A stretch of 64,000 nucleotides of DNA from NCBI GenBank assembly GCA_951406725.2, contig OX597830.1, forward strand, positions 3,038,001 through 3,102,000. The letters are read 5' to 3'. Source of the DNA: Octopus vulgaris (Eukaryota). The notes under the pieces were generated by a model. It was not told where the DNA came from, did no database searches, and saw only the letters and a list, made by a program, of their open reading frames with translations. This document shows, piece after piece, positions 52,813 to 64,000 of the stretch. Position 1 is the stretch's first letter. Each line of letters begins with the position of its first letter. Position numbers and translations under genes: made by a program.

Positions 52813-53220
52813 TAAATGCCCTGATGCAGTACCAGGCAGTGGCTTTCATGGCTTCTGATCTTAACTGATTAGAAGTGTTATCATGTACATTGTTTTGTCT
52901 TGGTATTAAAGATGGGCTACAGCAAGTATTCTGCTCAATACCACAGATTTGCTTGTCAGTTGTTTGGCCTTAATCAGTTGAGCATGTCCCTTAGTGGCTG
53001 ATGGTATATGCATCTCTGATCACGAGCAGAAGTAGTGGGGAAGCATCATAGCCGTGTGTTGAGAGGGATTCTTTGGGTTTTGGATAATTCACCTCTGGAA
53101 ACATGGGTGTTTCATTCATCATCCTTAAACAACCCTTATTAGGGACCTTTTGTGTGGGATGGGCTAATTGACCTCAAGAAAATGAGAGCCACTGCCTGGT
53201 ACTGCATCAGGGCATTTATT
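52813..53220. mobile_element. Element with 37-bp inverted termini between trinucleotide microsatellites
   Basis: taaatgccctgatgcagtaccaggcagtggctttcat (52813-52849) and its near-perfect reverse complement (53182-53218); class not determined. Confidence 0.7.
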
Positions 53221-53355
53221 ATTATTGTTGTTGTTGTCTTGATGTGCCTCAGGTTTGGTCTTATTCTTGGTAGGAATTATGTGGATTGCAGGTTACTACC
53301 TGTAACCTTAGGTATCCACAATGGGCCTCAGAGAATGTTGTTGAGAATTTGTATC

Positions 53356-53818
53356 TAACTCTTTAGCATTCAGGTTACTCTATCAAATGCAAGGCTCATT
53401 TACTCACATTGTTTTGAATTCATTCAGCTTTATCTTATAGCTTAAATATTTCAATGATGTGACTGCTTAGTCTTTGAATGACATTGCAGGGTAGATGTGA
53501 GAGGCCAGATCAGGCTGGCTTGAAAGGCAAAATATCTGGGCTGGATATAGTTGGATATAATATATTTCTAAATCTCTCAGAGAGATTTATGCAATAGCAG
53601 CATGATAAAGTAGTAGCATGTTGTCAACTTAATGTGACAGTCCCATGAAAGGGAAGAATGCTACTATTATTTAGCCGTCGGAAATGTGTCAAGTCCAACA
53701 GGAAACGGTGTTTCCTAGGGCTAAATAACAGTAGCATTCTTCCCTTTCATAGGACTGTCACATTAAGTTGACAACATGCTATTACTGGATATAGTTGGTT
53801 TAAATGCTAAATGGTTGA
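53356..53818. mobile_element. piggyBac-like MITE interrupted by a palindromic insertion
   Basis: Ends taactctttagcatt ... aatgctaaatggttga; internal insertion bounded by the 14-bp direct repeat ctggatatagttgg (53541-53554, 53785-53798). Confidence 0.6.
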
Positions 53819-54115
53819 TACCAGCTATTGTATTTTTTTACTAAACAGCCAAGTGGTGAATTAACAGGATTATATAATATTTGAGCAAGCAAATATGTCG
53901 TCTTGGGCAGTAATTTGCTGAAATGCCAGTTTTATAAAGGTTGTGGGTTTTCTGTATTTTATTGATCCTATCAAATGGATCATATTCCAAATACAAGGCT
54001 ATGCTGAAGGTTGCTACATCGTCCTGTGCTGGATACAGGGGTGGAGTGTGGGACATACAACTCAGACTACACTTTGGTTATGTGTCGCATTTCACAGCAT
54101 ACACACACACACACA

Positions 54116-54323
54116 TGAGGGAATGTTGAAAAGTTCCTGGCTTTAAGGGTATCATGAAAGGCCTGGTTGGAGGCCTAACTTTCCAAGTCCTTTTACAGAA
54201 CTTAAAAAAAAACTGAATGACCACTAGGATAAGTGAGAAGGGAATATGTAGAATAAAATCATAATTAACTGATCCACCCATATTTTCTTTTACCCAAAGC
54301 CAGGAACTTTTCAGAATCTCTCA
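54116..54323. mobile_element. mariner-derived MITE
   Basis: TIRs tgagggaatgttgaaaagttcctggcttt / aaagccaggaacttttcagaatctctca followed by TA. Confidence 0.75.
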
Positions 54324-54504
54324 TATCTATTTATCTATCTACCTGTCTGTCTGTTTGTCGTCTATCTATCTATCTATCTACCTATACACACATATACATA
54401 TATATACATGTATATATGTATGTTTCAGGAGTTCATACATATATACATGTATATATATGTATATGTGTGTGTGTGTGTGTGTGTATAGGTAGATAGATAG
54501 AGTT

Positions 54505-54636
54505 ACGATTTCAGGAGGATGACTGGGATCACGTAGATGAGAAAGGCGCGATCCAGAGAGGAGTGGACAGCGTGCTGTGACCAGCGGTGTCAAATGGATG
54601 CCTGACGGACTGGTCAGTCAAGGTGATCAAGGTGAT
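54505..54636 (+). mobile_element. Very short LINE 3' end, GC-rich
   Basis: ...RKARSREEWTACC-like terminal codons and a tandem tail tcaaggtga x2, inserted in a microsatellite. Confidence 0.4.
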
Positions 54637-55294
54637 ATATGTATGTATGTGCGTATGTATATAAACATGGTGACCTCATTAGTGATGTTCATTCTGATTA
54701 GAAGTCCTTGTTCATCTGTTGATTGATCAACATGTCATTGCTCACTTGGGAATCCTGATGAGTTGAGAGTTGCATAACATATTACAGATTCTTATTGACA
54801 TTGTGCATAACGCATACCTGATAGTACTATATTTACATTGCAATAAAAACTTTTAATGAAACAATTGTAACATTACCAAATAACCAATTTGTCTACTTTT
54901 ATTATGCTTTCTGCCACCGTATTAAGTTTCCTTTCATCTTTGGATAATTCTGGATACAATTAGAGTTGTGGATTACCAAGCAGCTGAACTTCCCTTCATC
55001 AAGGCATTCTATGCTACGATAACAGACTACTTAACTCTCCGATTTGCGTCATTCTGTCTAGCCAATAAGTGTGGCGTGCTCTATTTTGATACGGCTTGAT
55101 CCTTTATGGATCTCCTATAATCAAATTAATATCAATATGTATCTATCTATCTATTTATCTATACATCTATCTATCTCTTTCTCTGTGTGTGTGTGTGTGT
55201 GTGTCTACATATATATGCATGTGTATATATATATATGTATGTATGTATGCATGTATATGTATAGGTATATGTATGTATATATATATATATATAT

Positions 55295-55560
55295 CAATAA
55301 TAAAGGGTGAAATTAATTAATTTAGAAATAATCGTTAATTTCTCCAAGTAGAGTTCGGCATGTAAAAGACCCATTCAAGGAAGGTTTAAGTAATACTAAG
55401 TAATTGAGGGTTTAGCAACGATTTGCCTCACCATACACCGAATTTAGAAATAGCAGTCAAAAAGTTTTGGCTATTCTTTCTACTTAAAAGTAGAAAGAAT
55501 AGCCAAAACTTTTTGACTGCTATTTCTAAATTCGGTGTGTGGTGAGGCAAATCGTTGCTA
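55295..55560. mobile_element. (TA)n-embedded element ending in a near-perfect 148-bp palindrome
   Basis: Arms 55413-55485 and 55488-55560 (73 bp, 1 mismatch, 2-nt loop). Confidence 0.85.
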
Positions 55561-57516
55561 TATATATATATATACAGACAGATATGTAGATATAGATATA
55601 GTCATATATATACACATATACACGCACATATATGTATATGTATGTGTATATACTGAAAATAGTAACTATGTCTATATGTGATTGTTGTTGTCGTTGTTGC
55701 CATTGTCCTGATCATTCCCCGTCACCATCACCACCATCATCATTGACAAGAACAAAAGAGTGAGCTGGCAATAGATACCTGGTGGTATTTAGTCTCCTAC
55801 CCATTGAGCTTCTAAATTTAAATACAATATTTTATTTGTTTGTTTTCTTTTAGTCTTCCATTCATTTTGTTCTTTTTTAATCTCTCTTTTCTTTTATTCA
55901 TTTTCATCTCAGATGTTTACAGCATTTAAAAACTTCCATTTGATAAAACCATTTCTCCCCCTCCTCCTCCTCCTCATCATCATCTTTTAACAATAAACAA
56001 CAACAAACAATACACACACACACACATATTATCTTATAAGGTTTCTTTATTAATTGCCTATTGTTGATTCATTCTAATTTCATGGTTTTTCTCTCAATTT
56101 CCAGTAATTTCCTTTTATAGACACTAAATCACAAGCCTTAACACACTATAAACTTCACTTTTTACCAATTTCACAAATCCATCCTCTCATCTCTTTTATT
56201 CTTTTCTTTCCTATTTATTCTTCTCTTGGTCCTGTCTTCAGCTCTTTTCTATATTTTATATTTTTTCCCTTTTTTTTCTTTAAGCCTTTATTCTCTTATT
56301 TGCTGCTTATTGTTATTTTTACATTACTAAACGAGAGCCTAATTTCCATAAATGCTAATTACAATATTCAAGATATTTTTGCTTACTAGAAATTCTATGA
56401 GAAATTCCATTTTTTAAAAAATTTGTTTCCTGTTTTCTTTTTCATTTTTTTAAATTTGTTTTTTGTGTTCTTTTCTTTTTCATTTTTCTCCTATTGAATT
56501 TCTAATGTTGGTGTATGTGAAGAGTTTCAGAAATTTTGCTAAAAATTGGAACACATGATTTCACAGCAGATTGGGTTTTCTTAATATCAATAATTCAACT
56601 GTGAAGCATTAGCAGTGCTTATACTTAGCTCAGCAAATTATAACAATAAAATAATGGGTCTTGCCTAAGACTACCTTAGAATGTTTTGAATGGAAGTTCA
56701 AATTTGTCATTGTTACTGGTTTCTAATTCTGATCTCTATTTTCAGGTCATTTAAGTCTCTAAATTGTTATTTCCCTTTTGTCATCATCATTACCTCTGTA
56801 TCAAGTGTTTGCTTTACAGTCATTCCTCTCTGAAGAAATTCCCTTTTACAGATTCCATTCCATCTTTAAGTACCAATTTCTAACATAGAGATGGCAATTT
56901 TCTTCAGCTTTCCTCCAATCCACCATCATCAATCTCAAACCCATCTCCTCTCCTATCAATTCAAAAATTCCTCTAATATCCCTTCAGTTCCTCCAGATTT
57001 TATTTCAATCTGTTCTTCATCCAACAGAAATACTGCTGAGACAAAATACATCACAATATTTACTGCAGTTCCTTGCTTTCAAAGTTCAAATCCAACTGCT
57101 GTTAATATTGCCTTTCCCCCACTCAGGGTCGATAAATAAACATCCAATCTAAGGTGGCTATCTGGTTGCTTTGTTAAGGCATAGGATCACATGTCTTATG
57201 GTATTTGTTTCACTTCTGTCTATTCTGAGTTCAAATCCCACAACATCCAACTTGTGTGTCAGTTTTAACTCCTCACCTCTAGCTTAACATGCCCACCCAA
57301 TCCTGTTATAGGATACCTTAAGCACCCTGGGCAAATGTCTAATACTATACACCTGGCCTCAACAATTGCTTTGCAAGTACAAGTAGAGGAGACCATTCAG
57401 AGGCCTGTCATGTGTGTGTGTGTGCACTTCTATGTGTGTATATGCACACACATACGTGCCTACACACACATGCACACACACATACATGTACACTATATCT
57501 ATCTATATATATATAT

Positions 57517-57560
<44 letters not shown>

Positions 57561-57725
57561 AATACAATAAATGAATTAATTGCATTGCAATTATAAGCAT
57601 TTATGTATTTGCCTTATGGGTGCTTCACCAGCAGTATATTGGATAACTGATATCCCATAGTGGGTTACCCTCATAACCACTATCTTACTATGTACTATAT
57701 ACATATATATATACATATGCATATA

Positions 57726-57774
<49 letters not shown>

Positions 57775-57949
57775 ATGGAAATTGCAACCAGTTATCAGAA
57801 CTCAGAAAACATATAAGCATCTGTTGTCTCTCCTTCATCTCTCTTTTGTCAAAAATTCTCTGAAGAACGACTCTGAAACTTTGGATTTTCCAGTCTCCAT
57901 TCCAACTTCACTGGGCTCTTTCTGTCAATTTTACTACATACATACATAC

Positions 57950-58004
<55 letters not shown>

Positions 58005-58007
<3 letters not shown>

Positions 58008-58511
58008 TAGAAATATTAAAATTACTAAGTCTCTCTAAAGGAGATTACGGCAGCGTTACTGGATATTAATAGTTATCGCCATACTAATATGGCAGTCTAT
58101 AACTATAAGACTAAAGCTGTGGCTGATTAGCTCCAAGAGGCCATCGCCTCTAGCTATATGACATACGAACCTGCATCCATTACAACCTTCGAACTTAGTA
58201 ATTTTAATATTTCTATTATTGAAAACAAGTGGATGTATTCCACTGTAACTAGGTAAATAAAATCTTCGAATAGACGATCAGTAGCAACACCCGCTGGTTC
58301 TGACTACGCTGCATTGATAAAGGGCAACAACCATGAAACATGTCTGCAGATGTCTGACTAGCACGGTGAAGCGGCTGACCTTCCCTGTTCGAAGGTTGTA
58401 ATGGACGCAGGTTCGTGTGTCATATAGCTAGCTGGAGGCAATGGCCTCCTGGAGCTAATTGGTGACAGCTTTAGTCTTATATTTATAGACTGCCATATTA
58501 GTATGGCGATA

Positions 58512-58512
<1 letters not shown>
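58005..58512. mobile_element. (TA)n-embedded fold-back element with ~120-bp inverted arms
   Basis: 58075-58194 versus 58388-58510 (atcgccatactaatatggcagtc...ccttcgaac and reverse complement); TA tracts on both sides. Confidence 0.85.
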
Positions 58513-58569
<57 letters not shown>

Positions 58570-58572
<3 letters not shown>

Positions 58573-59130
58573 CATCTGTCTTCCCTGCTGGCATGCGCTG
58601 GACAGATCATCATGACTATATCAAGCTCCATTGTTTCCTGTGTCGTAGCTTCCATGGCTGGATTCTATTTTGCAGAGTGTACGGGTATCCCTTTTGTGGG
58701 TACAAACTCTGGTGAAGTCCCAAAGTAAAAGCGTCACCAAAGTGAAAAAACCCCTGGGCTGAGTGGGTAGATTTTATAGAGAGAAGTAGCTTTATGCCAG
58801 ATGTTGAGAGGCTAAAATTTGACCAGGGGACAGGGACTGGTGTCTTATTGTGCAAGAGGGTACATGACTACCCTGTGCTGTTTAAGGGTGGATAGAAGTA
58901 GCCGACAAGAGAGACAAATGGGGTGGTGATGGCATGTCAGCTTAATGTATATTCAAGTTAAAACAAGGTACGATGTATTTAAGGGAGAATAAGGAGAAAG
59001 GATCATGAGTGATGGTTAGGCAACTGCGGAAGAGTGAGAGTGAAGAGTAATATATGGTTAGAGGTGAATGTAGTGATTGACGAACATGGATAGGGGTGTG
59101 ACTGACGGGAGATATGGGTTTCGGGAGATA
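58570..59130 (-). mobile_element. Diverged LINE-tail-bearing element leading into the minisatellite
   Basis: aacatctgtcttccctgctggcatg is the reverse of the RTE-type tail; sequence grades into the purine-rich array. Confidence 0.5.
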
Positions 59131-61870
59131 GGATGGAGGAGGAGGGAATAACTGGCAGGAGAGAAGATGAAAAAGGGGGCTTAGGAAGGAGGAGGGGGGA
59201 ATAAGTGGGAAGAGAGAAGAGGGAAAAAGGGGCTGCCGAAGGGGGAGGAGGGAATAAATGATAGGAGAGAAGATGGTAAAGGAGGCTGAGGAAGGAGGAG
59301 GAGGGAATAGGTGGTAGGAGAAAAGAAGAAAAAAGGGGCTGAGGAAGGGGGAGGAGGGAAGAAGTGGTAGGAGAGAAGTTGGAAAAAGGGGCTGAGGAAG
59401 GGGAAGGAGGGAATAAGTGGTAGGAGCGAAGATGGAAAAAGGGGCTGAGGAAGGAGGAGGAGAGAATAAGTGGTAGGAGAGAAGTTGGAAAAAGGGGCTG
59501 AGGAAGGGGAAGGAGGGAATAAGTGGTAGGAGAGAAGTTGGAAAAAGGGGCTGAGGAAGGAGGAAGAGGGAATAAGTGGTAGGAGAAAAGTTGGAAAAAG
59601 GTGCTAGGAAGAGGGAGGAGGGAATAAGTGGTAGGAGAGAAGTTGGAAAAAGGGGCTGAGGAAGGAGGAGGAGGGAATATGTGGTAGGATAGAGTTAAAA
59701 AAAGGGGCCGAGGAAGGAGGAGGAAGGAATAAGTGGTAGAAGAGAAGTTGGAAAAAGAGGACAGAATAAGTGGTAGGAGAGAAGATGGAAAAAGGGGCTG
59801 AGGAAGGTGGAGGAGGGAATAAGTGGTAGGAGAGAAGATGGAAAAAGGGGAGGAGGGAATAAGTGGTAGGAGAAAAGATGGAAAAAGGGGCTGAGGAAGA
59901 GGGAGGAGGGAATACGTGGTAGGAGAGAAGTTGGAAAAAGAGGAGTGAATAAGTGGTAGGAGAGAAGATGGAAAAAGGGGCTGAGGAAGGTGGGGGATGA
60001 AATAAGTGGTAGGAGAGAAGTTGGAAAAGGGGGCTGTGGAAGGAGGAGGAGGGAATAAGTGGTAGGAGAGGAGATGGAAAAAGGGGCTGAGGAAGGGGGA
60101 GGATGGAATAAGTAGTAAGATAGAAGTTGGAAAAAGGGGTTGAGGAAAGAGGAGGAGGGAAAAAGTGGTAGGAGACAAGATGGAAAAAGGGGCTGAGGAA
60201 GGAGAAGGAGGGAATAAGTGGTAGGAGAGAAGTTGGAAAAAGAGGAGAGAATAAGCGGTAGGAGAGAAGATGGAAAAAGGGGCTGAGGAAGGTGGAGGAG
60301 GGAATAAGTGGTAGGAGAGAAGATGGAAAAAGGGGAGGAGGGAATAAGTGGTAGGAGAAAAGCTGGAAAAGGGGGCTGCAGAAGGAGAAGTAGGTGGTAA
60401 TAAGTGGTAGGAGAGGAGATGGAAAAAGGGGCTGAGGAAGGGGGAGGACGGAATAAGTGGTAGGAGAGAAGTTGGAAAAATGGGTTAAGGAAGGAGGAGG
60501 AGGGAATAAGTGGTAGGAGAGGAGATGGAAAAAGGGGCTGAGGAAGGAGGAGAAGGGAATAAGTGTTAGGAGAGAAGTTGAAAAAAGGGTTGAGGTTTAA
60601 AGAGGAGGGAATAAGTGGTAAGCGAGAAGATGGAAAAAGGTACTAGGAAGAGGGAGGAGGGAATAAGTGATAGGAGAGAAGTTGGAAGAAGGGGCTGAGG
60701 AAGGGGAAGGAGGGAATAAGTGGTAGGAGAGAAGTTGGAAAAAGGGGCTGAGGAAGGGGAAGGAGGGAATAAGTGGTAGGAGAGAAGTTGGAAAAAGGGG
60801 CTGAGGAAGGAGGAGGAGGGAATAAGTGGTAGGAGAGAAGTTGGAAAAAGGGGCTGAGGAAGGGGAAGGATGGAATAAGTGGTAGGAGAGAAGTTGGAAA
60901 AAGGGGCTGAGGAAGGAGGAGGAGGGAATAAGTGGTAGGAGAGAAGTTGGAAAAAGGGGCTGAGGAAGGGGAAGGATGGAATAAGTGGTAGGAGAGAAGT
61001 TGGAAAAAGGGGCTGAGGAAGGAGGAGGAGGGAATAAGTGGTAGGAGAAAAGTTGGAAAACGGTGCTAGGAAGAGGGAGGAGGGAATAAGTGGTATGAGA
61101 GAAGTTGGAAAAAGGGGCTGAGGAAGGAGGATGAGGGAATATGTGGTAGGATAGAGTTAAAAAAAGGGGCTGAGGAAGGAGGAGGAAGGAATAAGTGGTA
61201 GAAGAGAAGTTGGAAAAAGAGGAGAGAATAAGTGGTAGGAGAGAAGATGGAAAAAGGGGCTGAGGAAGGTGGAGGAGGGAATAAGTGGTAGGAGAGAAGA
61301 TGGAAAAGGGGAGGAGGGAATAAGTGGTAGGAGAAAAGTTGGAAAAGGGGGCTGCAGAAGGAGAAGTAGGAGGGAATAAGTGGTAGGAGAGGAGATGGAA
61401 AAAGGGGCTGAGGAAGGGGGATGACGGAATAAGTGGTAGGAGAGAAGTTGAAAAAAGGGTTGAAGTTTGAAGAGGAGGGAATAAGTGGTAAGCGAGAAGA
61501 TGGAAAAAGGTACTAGGAAGAGGGAGGAGGGAATAAGTGATAGGAGAGAAGTTGGAAGAAGGGGCTGAGGAAGGGGAAGGACAGAATAAGTGGTAGGAGA
61601 GAAGTTGGAAAAAGGGGCTGAGGAAGGGGAAGGAGGGAATAAGTGGTAGGAGAGAAGTTGGAAAAAGGGGCTGAGGAAGGGGAAGGAGGGAATAAGTAGT
61701 AGGAGAGAAGTTGGAAAAAGGGGCTGAGGAAGGAGGAGGAGGGAATAAGTGGTAGGAGAAAAGTTGGAAAACGGTGCTAGGAAGAGGGAGGAGGGAATAA
61801 GTGGTAGGAGAGAAGTTGGAAAAAGGGGCTGAGGAAGGGGTGGAGGGAATAATTGATTGGAGAGAAAGGG
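59130..61870 (+). repeat. Purine-rich 53-bp minisatellite (~50 units) with higher-order blocks
   Basis: Consensus gggaataagtggtaggagagaagttggaaaaaggggctgaggaaggaggagga; variant-unit series recur (e.g. ~59580-59870 vs ~61045-61335). Confidence 0.97.
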
Positions 61871-62830
61871 TCCACTGTAACAATGTAAATCAAGTGTAGT
61901 TTTCCTTTTAAAGAGAAATAGTTCCAACCGACCTAGTTTCGGTCGGAATTCTATCAGAATATTATGATCCCAGAGTAGTTCTTAATATTTATAGCTTATG
62001 TCTATATGTTGGCTTAAGCTTGGAAAGGAAAAAAAAGAATATTTCTATTGAAAGCAGACTCTTGAGAGGGAAAGAGAAGAGAGTTGCAATGAACTGGCAT
62101 TTAATTCGACTTCTTTAATTGTGTGTTTGTTTATGTTGGCTTCGATGGTTCTGTATTACATATTTCCCTGAAACCGCCAAAGCTGTTTGAAAAAGGAAAA
62201 TACTTTATAGTCATGCCAACTTAGGAGCTAATTGTTCTACACATAATCAATATATTGAAGTAGTAGAAATCCTTACCATTTTGTTTGTTTATTTGTTTGT
62301 TATTTTGTTATTCCATTATCATAGTGTGTTGATTCTGTTTTTATTTCCAACTAAGTCATCATTTCTTAGAATTATATTCCTTTCTTTAGCAATGGCAAAT
62401 TTCCAAAAAATATTCCTACACCATTCACTACAAAGTTGGCAAACTCAGTCAAACATAAATTTGAGTAGTTTTTCAAGCTGTACATCTCTAGCTTTTATTT
62501 TAGTTAACTAATATTGATATTTACAAGGATAAGTTTAAATCAAATTTTGAATTCTTTAGATGGCGGAAATTTTCTCATAAATTTGGAAAAAGATAAAAGA
62601 ATAAATATAACTTTGAATTTTGTTTATTGGTTCACTGGAACCTAAATAAATTGGCTTCACTTTGGAATTTTCATAAAAGTTTCAATAAAATCAAGTCTAA
62701 AATTATCTTACACAGAGAATATTGTACAACCCTCTAGTAATTCTGTTAATTATATATTCCTTCCATTATTTCGTAGAGAATGGACAATTTGTTAATCAAA
62801 TTTGTAAATCTGCAGCATTTAAATCATCCT

Positions 62831-62990
62831 TTAACCCTTTCACTTGCAATAATGTTGGCACCAGACAATATATGTGGCTCTATCAAAATTGCATGAAAAT
62901 ATCTGGACCAATTCATTTATGGCAACCTTGTTTCTTAATTTCTCTTTATTCTGCTTAGCAATATGATCTGGTATAGCTTAGAAGGGTTAA
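62831..62990. mobile_element. piggyBac-like MITE (TTAA-flanked)
   Basis: TTAA|CCCTT ... AAGGG|TTAA. Confidence 0.45.
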
Positions 62991-63005
62991 AAAGTGTGGC
63001 CCGCC

Positions 63006-63037
<32 letters not shown>

Positions 63038-63474
63038 AATCACCATCATCATCATTTATTGTCTATTTCCCACGTAGCATAAGTTGGATGGTTTGACAGG
63101 CTCTGACAAGATGCAGGACCATATCCATACTCCAGGGCCTGCTTCAGCATCATTTCTACAGCTGGATACTCTTCCTGCTGCCAACCACTTTACACAGTGT
63201 TTGGGGTGTGTTTTTTTTTTTACATGGCACTAGAACAGGTGAGGTTTCTTTATAATAGAAATTACATCAGATGACTCTATTAAATTATCGATTAAATTTT
63301 GCTGTGCTAAGTTTTTTCATTGGTTCTTCACTTTGGCAGGAAAGATGATTTGATGTTGGGTTTTCAATTCCTCGTGGAGTCATAGATGAGGCATCGGTAT
63401 ATACAGCATGTCTTGGAAATTTTAATGTCCAGTGGAATCCATTCCGACCACAGTCTGTGTCGTCTTGAAAGAGC

Positions 63475-63506
<32 letters not shown>

Positions 63507-64000
63507 TAAGACAGAGGGGGAAAGAGTAGAAGAGAAAAGACCCAACCCCTTTACTTGTCAGTTATTTTACTTATTAACCTTGATTAAATGAAAGGTAAAG
63601 TTCTCCTTGTGGAACTTTGGACTCAAAGCACAAAATGTCAGAACAAATAATGTGAGGTGTTCTAGCGAAGTCTGTAATGATAGCCAGTTCTTCAACTTCA
63701 GGCAGAATTTGAAACTAGAAAAGGTGAAGAGGTGTTTCTCAAAGCTTTGCTAGGCATTTTATTCAATGTTTTGATTACCAATCAATCAATAGCATCGATT
63801 GTAAAATATTGATGACTGAGAATGTCACATCTTTTAGAAAATGATGGAGCAGACCAGCTGCAGTGCTTGACTGTTTCTTTCTTTTGTTGATCTTGGAAAG
63901 TTGAAAGACAAAGTGGACCTCAGTGGGGTTTGAACCAAGAATGTTAAGAAGTATAAAGGAAATGTGGTGAAATATTTTATTTGATGCCCAAGCAATTCTT

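Noticed and set aside
55860-56750. Plus-strand acceptor-like sites (ctcag at ~55911, ttttcag at ~56745)
   Set aside because: No matching donor or open frame; expected by chance in T-rich DNA.
59003-61927. Long Pro/Ser/Leu/Phe-rich ORFs (391, 428, 256 aa)
   Set aside because: Pyrimidine strand of the 53-bp minisatellite; the unit length is not a multiple of 3 and the low A content makes stops rare.

Overview
AT-rich, repeat-saturated eukaryotic DNA with no intact protein-coding gene that I can support. The repeat landscape strongly suggests an Octopus intronic or intergenic region (inference from repeat families I recognise, not a database result). It contains huge (TA)n/(CA)n/(AGAT)n tracts, CORE-like tRNA-derived SINEs and an abundant RTE 3' tail ending in (GAT)n. 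Larger elements: a near-full-length frameshift-free RTE LINE with a PHD-type finger (about 45.3-49.86 kb, +) plus about 10 truncated relatives; a full-length decayed RTE/BovB-type LINE with a 12-bp TSD (26435-30306, -); two tandem R4/Dong-type RLE retroelements (50.6-52.8 kb); two Tc1/mariner remnants; several MITEs; a non-autonomous Helitron; and a 2.7-kb purine-rich 53-bp minisatellite. The most notable signal is a set of short, mostly fold-back elements embedded in (TA)n microsatellites, several unrelated families of which carry minimal type-I hammerhead ribozyme motifs (at least 6 full or decayed motifs plus half-motifs). This fits Penelope-like retroelement pseudo-LTRs or retrozyme-like RNAs, and in several copies an antisense arm covers the ribozyme. 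Weaker signals are candidate minus-strand host exons (991-1177, 10727-10790), an RFX X-box and an AP-1 site cluster. Repeat boundaries were read by eye and are approximate unless stated.
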